Below, one piece after another: positions 9,231 to 18,895 of a DNA stretch of 64,000 bases. The notes beneath the pieces are model-generated. The model was given only the letters and a program-made list of their open reading frames with translations, was not told the DNA's origin and ran no database searches. The position numbers and the translations under genes are program-made. The DNA comes from an uncultured Alphaproteobacteria bacterium (GTDB lineage Bacteria; Pseudomonadota; Alphaproteobacteria; Acetobacterales; Acetobacteraceae): assembly GCA_963812075.1 (NCBI GenBank), contig CAWETN010000011.1, positions 86,953 through 150,952 on the forward strand, given 5' to 3'. The number at the start of each line of letters is the position of its first letter. The stretch's first letter is position 1.

Positions 9231-9557
9231 TCAGCCCGGCTCATCTCCATGTTCGTCGTTCGCCGACTTGGTTTCGCTGACCAGTACGTTGCCGGCCATC
9301 ACCTCGGGCATGCCTTTGGTGAATTCGAGGACGTTGTTCCTGATCCAGTTTGCAGCGACCTCATTGGACGCCATCGCCTCATCGGCGCTCGCGAATACGC
9401 GGATGCTGACGAGTACGTCGGGCCCGCCATCCAAGAGATAGTAGCCGGTGAAGCCGGGAAGTGCGCGCAACAGCGGCACGAAACTGTCCTTCACGCGCCG
9501 TGTAGCCTCCGGGGCCGATCCGCGCACGAGCGTGAATTTCCTGACGATGGCGAACAT
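9231..9557 (-). CDS. antibiotic-biosynthesis-monooxygenase (ABM)/ferredoxin-like fold small protein
   Basis: Track ORF of 108 aa. MFAIVRKFTLVRGSAPEATRRVKDSFVPLLRALPGFTGYYLLDGGPDVLVSIRVFASADEA fits the ABM-domain pattern. It is the first gene of the E1/ThDP cluster. Confidence 0.55.
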   Translation of the reverse strand: MFAIVRKFTLVRGSAPEATRRVKDSFVPLLRALPGFTGYYLLDGGPDVLVSIRVFASADEAMASNEVAANWIRNNVLEFTKGMPEVMAGNVLVSETKSANDEHGDEPG

Positions 9558-9699
9558 GGTTCCCTCGTGGTCAGCCTGGAAGGCTGGCGGCGTTCGGACA
9601 ATACGACGATGGAACGCGCGACATAAGCCTTATACCAAACCCCGCCGAAAGCGACCCATTCCATCATGGCCGGCGGAGGCCGCTTATCCGCATCTTTCA

Positions 9700-9717
9700 G
9701 GCCCGCTGCAGCGGGCC
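9700..9717. other. perfect 18-nt palindrome GGCCCGCTGCAGCGGGCC (stem-loop) in an intergenic region
   Basis: Read directly from the sequence. There is no adjacent T-run on either strand, so a terminator role is uncertain. Confidence 0.3.
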
Positions 9718-9945
9718 GTCCACCCATGGATGGCCTGACGATGGGGCACGAACCGAGCCGAATGTGAATCGTTCATTCCGGGGCGAGCCCTTAGCGCGGT
9801 GCTGACGCACGGCGTGCTGCGTGGGCAGGCAGTGATCTCCGTTGCGGTCCTGCTGAGTGGCAAGCGGACCGGCCGGGCTCCTGGACTCATCAGGCCGGGG
9901 ACGCGACCAGGCCTTGCGCCGTCGACGGCAAGGAACGTGCTGCGC

Positions 9946-11376
9946 TCAAGGCTGCTTGCTATGCCCGGGTTCTTGCAGGTGTTCTTCGACCGAGGTCATC
10001 TGGTTACGCGATGATCCTGTCACACGCCAGACGCGATTGCCGACATCGTCGGCGACCAGCAGGGCTCCCGCATTGTCGATGGCGACGCCGACCGGGCGAC
10101 CGAGCGCATTGCCATCGGCAGTGAGAAACCCCGTCAGTATGTCCATCGGTTGGCCAGCCGGGTGCCCGGCGACGAATGGCACCAGCACGACCTTGTAGCC
10201 ACTGTACGGCCGTCGATTCCAAGATCCGTGTTGACCGATAAAGGCCCCTGCGGGGATCGGCATGTTCCGGCTGTTGTCGCCCGAGAAGGCCAGCCCCAGC
10301 GATGCGGTATGGGCCCCCAATGCGTAATCCGGCGCGATCGCGGTCGCCACGAGATCCGGGCGGGGCGGCTTTGCCCGCTCGTCGATATGTTGTCCGTAGT
10401 AGCTGTAGGGCCAGCCGTAAAACGCACCCTCGCGTACGGCGGTCATGTAGTCAGGAACGAGGTCGCTGCCGATTTCATCGCGCTCGTTGACCGCCGTCCA
10501 CAGCGCGCCTGTCTCGGGGTTCCAAGCCAGACCAACAGGATTCCGCAGCCCTGAAGCAAACACCCGATGCTGCCCGGTCCGAGGGTCGATCTCCCAAATG
10601 TCGGCTCGGCCCGCCTCGACGTCCATGCCGTTTTCGCCAGCATTGCTGTTCGAACCGATTGTCACATAAAGGTGCCGCCCATCGGCACTGGCGATGATAT
10701 TCTTGGTCCAGTGATGGTTGATCGGGCCAGCCGGCAGGTCCACGACCTTGACGCCTGGCGAAGTGATCTGCGTTTGATTGATGTGGTAAGGGTAGCGCAC
10801 CACCGCGTCGGTGTTCGCGATGTAGAGGTCATCGCCGACGAGCGCCATGCCGAACGGCGAGTTCAATCCTTCGAGAAAGACCGAGCGGAATTGGGCCACG
10901 CCGGCGCGGTTGGAATCGCGCAGCAGTGTGATCCGGTTCGCGCTCGGCGTACCGGCCCCGGCGCGGCCCATCATCAAACGCATGATCCAGCCTTTGATTC
11001 CCTTGCCATCCTCAGGTTTAGGCGGTGCGTTCGTTTCGGCGACCAGGACATCACCATTTGGCAGAACATAGAGCCAGCGCGGATGATCGAGGCCCTCGGC
11101 GAAGGCGACAACGCGCAAGCCCGGAGCCGCCACCGGGCTTGCCCCGCCTTGCCAGCCGGTGGCCGGCGCGATGTTGACGGTCGGAATCAGCGTAGCGTGT
11201 GCTGGCGGCAGCTGAGGAGAAGGCCCGAACCCAGCGGAAGCTGGAAGTGTCGCCTGGTCCCCGCATGCGTTCAGACCAAGAACCGCCGCGGGAAGGATCG
11301 CGAGGCAAATCCTCGACCGTTTGTTGCCCCGTCCAACTGCCGACAAATTCTTTCGCAATGATCGAGACATCGGCAT
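9946..11376 (-). CDS. PQQ-dependent sugar (sorbosone-type) dehydrogenase, lipoprotein
   Basis: Track ORF 9946..11697 trimmed to [10 protein letters not shown]...[14 protein letters not shown], a lipobox. The body ([60 protein letters not shown]) matches the soluble quinoprotein beta-propeller family. Confidence 0.8.
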   Translation of the reverse strand: MPMSRSLRKNLSAVGRGNKRSRICLAILPAAVLGLNACGDQATLPASAGFGPSPQLPPAHATLIPTVNIAPATGWQGGASPVAAPGLRVVAFAEGLDHPRWLYVLPNGDVLVAETNAPPKPEDGKGIKGWIMRLMMGRAGAGTPSANRITLLRDSNRAGVAQFRSVFLEGLNSPFGMALVGDDLYIANTDAVVRYPYHINQTQITSPGVKVVDLPAGPINHHWTKNIIASADGRHLYVTIGSNSNAGENGMDVEAGRADIWEIDPRTGQHRVFASGLRNPVGLAWNPETGALWTAVNERDEIGSDLVPDYMTAVREGAFYGWPYSYYGQHIDERAKPPRPDLVATAIAPDYALGAHTASLGLAFSGDNSRNMPIPAGAFIGQHGSWNRRPYSGYKVVLVPFVAGHPAGQPMDILTGFLTADGNALGRPVGVAIDNAGALLVADDVGNRVWRVTGSSRNQMTSVEEHLQEPGHSKQP

Positions 11377-11617
11377 TCTGCCCTTCGCTGCAACGTCATC
11401 GAGCCCGTATGGGCCTCGCCAATGCCGGTAGACGCAGCACGGCACCAGGTTAGGCCAGCGCATCGAGAAGTCTTGACCAAACACGCCTCGGTCGGGGGCG
11501 CCGTCGCTCGCTCGTGAAGCGACAGACCGGCAATTGCCGCAGTTTCGCCTGGGTCTGCTTGCATCCAGTCCCCAAACGAGGAGTTTCCCATGCGTCGAAG
11601 CGATTGGCTGCATCTGA

Positions 11618-11914
11618 TTGCCTATGGGTCGATCCTGCTGGTGTCGGGGGTGGTTCTCGCCCATACCTTTCTCTGACCAGGCGCTGGCTCGCCCCACTCT
11701 GTATTCGCCTGGCTCGCAGAGCCGCGCAGCGGGTCAGTCTCTCCCGGACCCGCACGCGCTGCGCCAGGCCGCCTTGCATTTTCGTGAGCTGGCGGCGCCG
11801 ATCTCGGATGAGGCCTTGCGTGCCTTGATCCTCGACGTTGCTGCGCAGTACGAGGCCGAGGCAGAACGGCTCGAAGTCAGATCAGCGCTCGGCGATAGCG
11901 GCCTGCCCCGGTAA
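11618..11914 (+). CDS. hypothetical protein; only the C-terminal half looks coding
   Basis: Track ORF of 98 aa. The tail [39 protein letters not shown] looks helical and protein-like. The N-terminal half looks non-coding and the start is unclear. Confidence 0.2.
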   Translation: MPMGRSCWCRGWFSPIPFSDQALARPTLYSPGSQSRAAGQSLPDPHALRQAALHFRELAAPISDEALRALILDVAAQYEAEAERLEVRSALGDSGLPR

Positions 11915-11915
11915 G

Positions 11916-12092
11916 TCAGTATGGCGAACGCACGAAGATCGGCGTCACGTAGGCAGCGCTTCCCTTCGTGAGGTCTGCGGCTGTCGGGGAGATCGCGTTA
12001 AGGGTGGCCGACGACGCTTGCATCCCTTGCTTGTGCACAGCGCAAACGACCAAGGCCAACAGAGCCAGCGACAGAACCAGAGAGAGGCGCAC
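11916..12092 (-). CDS. possible small secreted or membrane-anchored protein (58 aa, GTG start)
   Basis: Hand translation gives VRLSLVLSLALLALVVCAVHKQGMQASSATLNAISPTAADLTKGSAAYVTPIFVRSPY*. It has a signal-peptide-like N-terminus and a GAGGG ~9 nt upstream. It is below the 60-aa track cutoff. Confidence 0.2.
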   Translation of the reverse strand: MRLSLVLSLALLALVVCAVHKQGMQASSATLNAISPTAADLTKGSAAYVTPIFVRSPY

Positions 12093-12237
12093 CGAACGAA
12101 CCCTCGCGGTTGTGGAAGGTGAACTTCAGTTCATTCGCCTCGGCAACGCGGCTGGTTCGTGCCGCCATTGCGGCAACTTTCTGGCCGCTGGTCACAACCC
12201 GGTGCCGCGCAGCGATGTTTGCACTCCGGGGTGCCAA

Positions 12238-13218
12238 TCACATCATCCGATCCTCCGGCGGCACCAGGTGGTGCGGCGGCTCGCCGGCCAGTGCGCGGCG
12301 GATGTTGGCGACCGCCCGTTGCAGCCCCACCGCCCCGGTGCCCGAGATCGCCGCCGCCGAGTTGTGCGGCGAGCCGATCACGTTGGGCAGCGACAGGAAC
12401 GGCTGGTCCATGCGGAACGAGCCGTGCCGGATCGGCTCGATCCACCACGCGTCGATGCAGGCGTGGAACCGCGGCTGCGCCACCAGGTGCTGGTACAGTG
12501 CGCGCTCGTCCACCACCTCGCCGCGCGCGACGTTCACCAGGATCGCATCGTCCTTCATGCGCGCAAGCTGCGCCGATCCGATCAGCCCGTTGGTGGCCGG
12601 CGTCAGCGGCGTGCAGACCACCAGCACGTCGGATGCCGCCAGCAACAGGTCGAGCTCGTCCGGCGTGCCGATCCAGTCGGTCGGCTCCGCGCTGCGGCCA
12701 CGACGGTTGATCGCGTGCACCTTCATGCCGATGCCGCGCGCCAGCCGCGCGGTGGCGATGCCGATGCCGCCGAACCCCAGGATGCCGCACACCCCGCCCG
12801 CCAACATGCGATTGCGTGCGAACTGGTTGAACCTGCCGCTCGCCAGTTCGGCGTGCTCCACCAGCAGCCGCTTCGCCGCGGCGAGCGCCATCGCCAGCGC
12901 GTGCTCCGCCATCGGTTCGGCATAGGCGCCGCCGTTGGTCGCCACCGGAACGCCCGGCGGCACCTCCGCCAGCGGCACGAAGTCGATGCCGGCGTTGACG
13001 AACTGCAGCAGGCGGATGTCCTTCAGCAGCGCAATCTCGCCCGGCCGCAGCTCGCGCGTGGTGCGCGCCAGCACCGCGTCCGCGTTGCGCAGCGCCTCGG
13101 CGCGGCCCGCGTCGTCGAGGTCCGATAGGTGGACCGCCTGCGCCGCGTCGCCCAGCGCCTCGCTGACGATCCGGCGGCCATTGCCTTCCAGTTCGTAGAC
13201 CACCACGACCGTGCTCAT
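12238..13218 (-). CDS. D-isomer-specific 2-hydroxyacid dehydrogenase family protein
   Basis: Track ORF 12238..13362 trimmed to MSTVVVVYELEG. The NAD motif is GILGFGGIGIATARLARGIGMKV. LVNVARGEVVDE and SPHNS carry the catalytic R/E/H context. Confidence 0.85.
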   Translation of the reverse strand: MSTVVVVYELEGNGRRIVSEALGDAAQAVHLSDLDDAGRAEALRNADAVLARTTRELRPGEIALLKDIRLLQFVNAGIDFVPLAEVPPGVPVATNGGAYAEPMAEHALAMALAAAKRLLVEHAELASGRFNQFARNRMLAGGVCGILGFGGIGIATARLARGIGMKVHAINRRGRSAEPTDWIGTPDELDLLLAASDVLVVCTPLTPATNGLIGSAQLARMKDDAILVNVARGEVVDERALYQHLVAQPRFHACIDAWWIEPIRHGSFRMDQPFLSLPNVIGSPHNSAAAISGTGAVGLQRAVANIRRALAGEPPHHLVPPEDRMM

Positions 13219-13304
13219 GCCCGGGAACTCCTTCCGATCTGTGCTCTGGATGAAACCGGCGCGGAGTGGTCTGGTAAAGCGGCGCGCAGCGATGGACCGT
13301 CGCC

Positions 13305-14045
13305 ATGTCGGACAAGCCGAACTTCGTTCTCGTCCCCGACCCCGAGCCGGACGAGCCCGCACCGAAGCCGCCGAGCCTGCTCGACCAGCTTCGCGCGCTG
13401 CTGCCGTTCGGTGCGCCGCGGCCGCCGGCGCTCGCCCCGACCCGGCCGCGGCTGATCTTCGGCTTCGACGCCACCGCCTCGCGCGAGCCTGCCTGGGCGA
13501 CCGCGCGCACCGTGACCGACGCGCTGGTCAAGGCGCTGCCGGGCGAGCTCGACGTGGCGCTGGCGGTGCATGGCGGCTCGATGCTGCACACCTTCACCGA
13601 ATTCACCGACAACCCCACCACGCTGCGCGACCGCGCCGCCGGCATCCGCTGCATCGCCGGCTTCACCCGGCTGCTGCCGATCCTGGCGCGCGCGCTGTCC
13701 AACCCGGGCGTGCGGGTCGTCGTCTACATCGGCGACGTGTTCGAGGAATCGCCGGCGCGCGGCCGCAAGCTGGCCGACGAGATGGGGTCGAAGGGCATCA
13801 GGCTGATCGTCCTGCACGACACCGCCGACTGGAACGCGAAGCGCGACGCGGAGGTGTTCCTCGATTTGGCGCGGCGGACCGGCGGCTGCGTGCTGCCGTT
13901 CGACGCCAGCGCGCCGGCCCGGCTGCGCGAACTGCTGGCGGCGGTGGCGGTGTACGCGGTGGGTGGCAAAGAGATGCTGGAGGAGCGGCAGGCCGAGCTA
14001 CCCGGCGCCGTGCTGCTGCTCGAGCACCTGCGCGGCGGCCGCTGA
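13305..14045 (+). CDS. VWA-like domain protein
   Basis: Track ORF of 246 aa. It has a MIDAS-like RLIFGFDATASREP (DxTxS) followed by an alternating beta/alpha pattern (VALAVHGG, VVVYIGDVFEE, IRLIVLHD). The N-terminal ~45 aa are Pro-rich. Confidence 0.55.
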   Translation: MSDKPNFVLVPDPEPDEPAPKPPSLLDQLRALLPFGAPRPPALAPTRPRLIFGFDATASREPAWATARTVTDALVKALPGELDVALAVHGGSMLHTFTEFTDNPTTLRDRAAGIRCIAGFTRLLPILARALSNPGVRVVVYIGDVFEESPARGRKLADEMGSKGIRLIVLHDTADWNAKRDAEVFLDLARRTGGCVLPFDASAPARLRELLAAVAVYAVGGKEMLEERQAELPGAVLLLEHLRGGR

Positions 14046-15479
14046 CATCGCCCGCAGCGCCGCCTTCCAGCCGCCGCGCGGTATCGGCGGCGAGCGCGGT
14101 CGGGGTGCCGGCAAAGCCCATGACCAGCCCGGTCATGCGCGGCGCGCCGGCGTAGTAGGCCGCCAGCGGCGACACCGCCAACCCGCGCGCACGGCACGCC
14201 TGCACCGCCGCCGCTTCGTCGGTGCCGCTCGGGCAGCCGCCCGACCATGTGCAGCCCGCCCGGCGCCGGCGATCGGCCGCGATCGACGGGGCGTGGCGTG
14301 CCGATCGCCGCCAGCAGCGCGGCGCGGCGGCGGGCATACTCGGTGCGCATCCGCCGGACATGCGGCGCCAGCAGGCCCTGGCGCATGAACTCGGCCAGGA
14401 TCGCCTGGTTGAGCGTGTCGATGCCGCGGTCCATCAGCGTGCCCAGCCGCACGAAGGCCGGCACCAGCGGCGCCGGCACCACCGCGAAGCCCAGGCGCAG
14501 CGCCGGCGCCAGCGTCTTGCTGAAGGTGCCGCAGTAGATCACCCGGCCGGCCGCGGTCGAGCGTGGCCAGCGGCGGCAGCGGATGGCCGCTCCAGCGGAA
14601 TTCCGAGTCGCAGTCGTCCTCCAGCACCCAGGCGTTCGCGCGGCCGGCCCAGTCCAGCAGCGCCAGCCGCCGCCCGATCGGCAGCGCGCCGCCCAGCGGC
14701 GTGGCGTGCGACGGCGCCACCAGCGCCAGCCGCGCGTCGGGTGCGCGCTCGATGCCGGCGGCGACGTCCAGCCCCTCGGAGTCGCTGGTCACCGGCACCG
14801 GGGTGGCGCCGGCGGCGAGCAGCGCGCCGCGGCCGGCGATGTAGCCGGGGTCCTCGACCCAGGCGGCGTCGCCCGGATCCAGCAGCAGGTCGGCGGCGAT
14901 GCGCAGCGCCTGCTGGGTGCCGGCGGTGACCACGATGTTGGCCGGATCGGCGAGCAGCCCGCGCGTGGCGGCCAGGTGGGCGGCGATCTGGCTGCGCAGT
15001 TCCGGCAGGCCCTGCGGCGGCGGGTAGCCGGTGAGGTCGCTGGACAGCGTCTTCAGCACGCGGGCGGCGCAGCGCGCCCAGGCCTCCTTCGGGAACAGGT
15101 CGGGCGCCGGAATGCCGCCGGCCAGCAGCGTGCCGAGCGCCGGGTCGCGCGAGTGCGGCCGAGAGCGGGAACCGCGGCGAGGCGCTGGCCGCGCCGCGAC
15201 AGCGGATTGGCGGCGGTCGGCGCCGGGACGGCTGGGTCGCGGCGCCGCATCGGGCAGGTCGGGGGCGACGTAGGTGCCGCTGCCGGTGCGGGCGCGCACA
15301 TAGCCCTCGGACGCCAGCCGCTCATAGGCCAGCACCACGGTCTGGCGCGCCACCCCCAGTTCCTCGGCCAGCGCGCGGGTGGGCGGCAGACGCGCACCGG
15401 CCGGCAGCGTGCCGGCGAGGATGCCCTGCCGCAGCCGGTCGAACACCGCCTGCTGGCGGTTTTGGTCTGGTGTGAACAT
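13998..15479 (-). pseudogene. MocR/GabR-type PLP-dependent GntR-family regulator, 2-3 frame changes; 3' end uncertain
   Basis: The wHTH is LPPTRALAEELGVARQTVVLAYERLASEGYV. The aminotransferase-like domain includes VIYCGTFSKTLAPALRLGF. Pieces lie in track ORFs 14133..15479, 13724..14542 and 13798..14361. Breaks are near 14544-14552 and ~14228, with possibly a third near 14070. Confidence 0.8.
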
Positions 15480-15492
15480 CGCGGTTCGCGCT

Positions 15493-15521
15493 GGATTATT
15501 GGTCCAATCGGACCGTAATCC
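15493..15521. promoter_or_regulatory. AT-rich imperfect inverted repeat GGATTA-TT-GGTCC-AATC-GGACC-G-TAATCC
   Basis: Read directly from the sequence. It lies 14 nt upstream of the MocR start codon and 36 nt downstream of the rpsU stop. It is either a candidate MocR operator or the rpsU terminator stem. Confidence 0.3.
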
Positions 15522-15556
15522 GGCGGTCGGGCCGGGGCAAGATCAGGGAAGGGCGG

Positions 15557-15760
15557 TCAGAAGCCTTCGCGCTCGAGCCGCTTGCGCTCCAGCTTGCGGG
15601 CGCGGCGCACCGCCTCGGCCGCCTCGCGGGCCCGACGCTCCGACGGCTTCTCGTAGTGCCGCCGCAGCTTCATCTCACGGAAGATTCCTTCCCGCTGCAT
15701 CTTCTTCTTGAGCGCCTTCAGCGCCTGGTCGACGTTGTTGTCACGTACGAGTACTTGCAC
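15557..15760 (-). CDS. rpsU: 30S ribosomal protein S21
   Basis: 67 aa: (M)[55 protein letters not shown], the canonical S21 sequence. GTG start with a GGAGAAGG SD. Confidence 0.95.
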   Translation of the reverse strand: MQVLVRDNNVDQALKALKKKMQREGIFREMKLRRHYEKPSERRAREAAEAVRRARKLERKRLEREGF

Positions 15761-15861
15761 TTGGCCGCCTTCTCCTTCTCTGCTGCAACCGGCCCCGCCA
15801 ATCGGGGACGCGCCCTATATCATGGCGCGAAGTCAGTTCGCCAGTCCGTCCGGAGGCTTAG

Positions 15862-16407
15862 ATGGCCATCCTGAAGATCGCGCGCATGGGCCATCCCGTG
15901 CTGTTGCAGAAGTGTGATCCGGTGCCGGACCCCGGCGCGCCGGAGATCCGCCGCCTGGTCGCCGACATGATGGAGACGATGGAGGACGCCTACGGCGCCG
16001 GTCTCGCCGCGCCACAGGTGCACGTGCCGCTGCGGCTGTTCGTGTTCCGGGTGGCCGAGGCGCGCGGCAACGAGGACCCGGACGACACGCCGGTCGGCAA
16101 CACCGTGGTGATCAATCCGGAGATCGAGTTGCTGACCGAGGAACGCGTGCTGCGCTGGGAGGGCTGCCTGTCGATCCCCGGGCTGCGCGCCGCGGTGCCG
16201 CGCGCGCCGCGCATCCGCTACCGGGGCGTCGACTGCGACGGCCGGCCGGTGGCGCGCGAGGTCACCGGCTTCCACGCCGGCGTGGTGCAGCACGAGTACG
16301 ACCACCTGGACGGCATCCTGTATCCGATGCGGATGCATGACTTCTCGCTGTTCGGCTTCAACGAGGAGCTGGCGCGCGCCGCGGCGGCCCGGCAGGAAGG
16401 CAGCTGA
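15862..16407 (+). CDS. def: peptide deformylase
   Basis: 181 aa with GAGLAAPQV, EGCLSIPG and QHEYDHLDG, the three deformylase motifs. Confidence 0.9.
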   Translation: MAILKIARMGHPVLLQKCDPVPDPGAPEIRRLVADMMETMEDAYGAGLAAPQVHVPLRLFVFRVAEARGNEDPDDTPVGNTVVINPEIELLTEERVLRWEGCLSIPGLRAAVPRAPRIRYRGVDCDGRPVAREVTGFHAGVVQHEYDHLDGILYPMRMHDFSLFGFNEELARAAAARQEGS

Positions 16408-17017
16408 TGCCGCCCGAGCGCAGCGCCGACCGCGACGCCGCACTGGCGGCGCTGCTGCCGAACGTGCCGTTCGACGGCTGGACGCGCCGCGCGCTGCGCA
16501 CCGGACTTGCGAGCATCGGCGTGGCGCCGGAGGAGGCGGACCAGCTGTTCCCCGGCGGTGCGCCCGACATGATCGAGGCGTTCTGCGACTGGGCCGACCG
16601 CCGGATGGCGGAAGGGCGCCGCCGCGCTTGATCCGTCGCTGCGGCTGCATCAGCGGGTGCGCGCGCGTGATCGCGCTGCGGCTCGAGCAGAACCGTCCCT
16701 ACAAGGAGGCGATCCGCCGCGCGCTCGCGCTGCTGGCGCTGCCGGGCAATGCGCGGCTGGCGGCGGTGTGCACCGCGCGGACGGTGGATGCGATCTGGCA
16801 TGCCGCGGGCGACCGGTCGGCGGATTTCTCCTGGTACACCAAGCGGGCGATCCTCGCCGCGGTGTACGGCGCCACCCTGCTCTACTGGCTGCGCGACGCC
16901 GGCGAGGACGATGTGGCGACGCTGGCGTTCCTCGACCGGCGGCTGGCCGGCGTCGGGCGGATCGGCGCAGCGCGGCGTCGGGCCGAGGCGGTGGTCGGCC
17001 GGTTGCGGCCGGCGTGA
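16407..17017 (+). pseudogene. COQ9-family protein (the 'rpsU-divergently transcribed' family), two frame changes
   Basis: MPPERSADRDAALAALLPNVPFDGWTRRALRTG..FCDWADRRMAEG / AAALDPSLRLHQRVRAR / VIALRLEQNRPYKEAIRRALALLALPGNARL...DFSWYTKRAILAAVYGATLLYWLRD. Breaks are near 16612-16620 and 16665-16672. Its position beside rpsU fits the family. Confidence 0.7.
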
Positions 17018-17063
17018 ATTGGCCGCAGGGTCTCGCCAATACCCGACGTCCAGGAGAAACCCG

Positions 17064-17825
17064 ATGAACGACGTGCAGACCCTTTCGCAGCGCGCCGACG
17101 CGCTGGAAGAGCAGATGAGCCGCGAGCTCGATTATATCGTCATCAAGTCGCGGCTCTACAGTATGGCCGAAGGCGACATGGGGCCGCCGCCGAACGCTGC
17201 GAAGCTGATGGCCGCCAATCCGCATGCGCGCGTGCTGATGGGCGACGATCCGCGCCTGCCGGCGATGCCGCAGAAGCCGACGCTGATGGACTTCTTCAAG
17301 TATCGTTTCGGCCCCGCCGCTCATCTGCTGCAAAGCGCGAAGCACGCGGTCAACGCCGGATTGTCCGACAACATGGTGCTGGCCTGCCTGCTGCACGACA
17401 TCTCGACGATCGGCTTCATCCGCGGCGACCACGGCTACTGGGGCGCGCAGCTGGTCGAGCCCTATGTGGACGAGGAGGTCACCTGGGCGATCCGCGCACA
17501 CCAGGTGCTGCGGTTCTATCCCGACGAGTCGGTCGGCTACGAGTATCCACAATCGTATATCAAGACGTTCGGCGCCGACTACCGGCCCGATCCGTATGTC
17601 GAGGAGGACTACCAGCGGATGCGGGCGCACAGGTGGTACATGTCGGGGCGCATGATCACGGTGCATGACATCTACTCGTTCGATCCGGACGCGAAGGTGG
17701 AGCTGGAGGAGTTCACCGACGTGATCGGCCGCTGCTTCCGCCAGCCCGAACAGGGTCTGGGCTTCGACAACAGCCCGGTCGCGCATATGTGGCGCGCGAT
17801 GATCCGGCCGGCGAAGTACCTGTAG
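17064..17825 (+). CDS. HD-domain metal-dependent phosphohydrolase-like protein
   Basis: Track ORF 16749..17825 trimmed to the ATG at 17064, which follows AGGAGA. LACLLHDISTIG provides the HD motif context. The rest reads as one continuous frame. Confidence 0.6.
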   Translation: MNDVQTLSQRADALEEQMSRELDYIVIKSRLYSMAEGDMGPPPNAAKLMAANPHARVLMGDDPRLPAMPQKPTLMDFFKYRFGPAAHLLQSAKHAVNAGLSDNMVLACLLHDISTIGFIRGDHGYWGAQLVEPYVDEEVTWAIRAHQVLRFYPDESVGYEYPQSYIKTFGADYRPDPYVEEDYQRMRAHRWYMSGRMITVHDIYSFDPDAKVELEEFTDVIGRCFRQPEQGLGFDNSPVAHMWRAMIRPAKYL

Positions 17826-17929
17826 CACGGCGCGCCTGTCTGTCGTGCCGGTGAAGAGGGCGGGCGCGCAGCACCGGTGAGCGTATTGCCAGGTTCGGCA
17901 CATCCCCGCTGCGCGCCGCCTCGCCAGGC

Positions 17930-18895
17930 ATGATCGGCCACGTCGACAACCCGCTGCGCGGAGTTGCGCTTAGCCTTGGCGGCTCGATCGTGTTCTGCGC
18001 CGCCGATACCATCGCCAAGCAGCTGGCCGGCGAACTGGCGATCGTGCAGATCGCCTGGACGCGCTACGTCGTGTTCGCGCTGATGGCATTGCTGTTGACC
18101 ACGCGCATGCCGGGCGCGGCGTTCCGGACCCGGCTACCCTGGCAGCAATTGGCCCGCGGTATGTGCCAGGTCTGCTCGTCGCTGCTGTTCGTCCTGGGCA
18201 TCCGCGATGTGGGTCTTGCCGAGGCCGCAACGATCGGGTTTATCGGGCCGATCCTGGTGACTTTTCTGGCGATCCCGCTGCTCGGCGAGAAAGTCGATGT
18301 GCGCCGCTGGCTCGCGTTGACGGCCGGCATGGTCGGTGTGCTCGTGGTGCTGCGGCCCGGCACCGGCACGTTCCATCCCGAAGGGCTGTACCGCGTCGCG
18401 TCGGCGGCGTTCTGGGCGTTCGGTACCATCCTGACGCGCCGCATGACGGCGACCGAACGCCCCGAGACCACGATCTTCTGGTCCGCCGTTTCCGGCCTCG
18501 TTGTGCTGAGCGCCGTCATTCCGTTTCACTTCGTCCCGCCGACCGCGACGCAGCTTTGGCTGTCGGTGGCACAGGGCGTGCTGTCGTCGCTCGGACAGTG
18601 GCTGGTCATCCTTTCGCTGCGCCTCGCGCCGGTGTCCACCTTGGCGCCGCTGTCCTACACCCAGTTGCTGTGGATGACGCTGGCCGGCTTCCTGGTGTTC
18701 GGTGCGTTGCCCGATGCGTGGACGCTGGTGGGCGCGGCGGTGATCGTCGCGAGCGGTCTCTACACGGCGTGGCGGGAGCGCCGCGGCGCCGACCGGTTTG
18801 CCGACAAGGCGGCTTTTCGCCAACCTTCGGGCAATCGCCTGACCAGAGGGAGCGGACGCCATGATGACCATCGACTGCCAGGTCCACGCCTATGA
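17930..18895 (+). CDS. DMT-superfamily (EamA-like) transporter
   Basis: 321 aa with about 10 hydrophobic segments and two EamA-like halves (GFIGPILVTFLAIPLLGEK..., LAPLSYTQLLWMTLAGFLVFGALPD). The hydrophilic C-terminal tail overlaps the next gene. Confidence 0.8.
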   Translation: MIGHVDNPLRGVALSLGGSIVFCAADTIAKQLAGELAIVQIAWTRYVVFALMALLLTTRMPGAAFRTRLPWQQLARGMCQVCSSLLFVLGIRDVGLAEAATIGFIGPILVTFLAIPLLGEKVDVRRWLALTAGMVGVLVVLRPGTGTFHPEGLYRVASAAFWAFGTILTRRMTATERPETTIFWSAVSGLVVLSAVIPFHFVPPTATQLWLSVAQGVLSSLGQWLVILSLRLAPVSTLAPLSYTQLLWMTLAGFLVFGALPDAWTLVGAAVIVASGLYTAWRERRGADRFADKAAFRQPSGNRLTRGSGRHDDHRLPGPRL

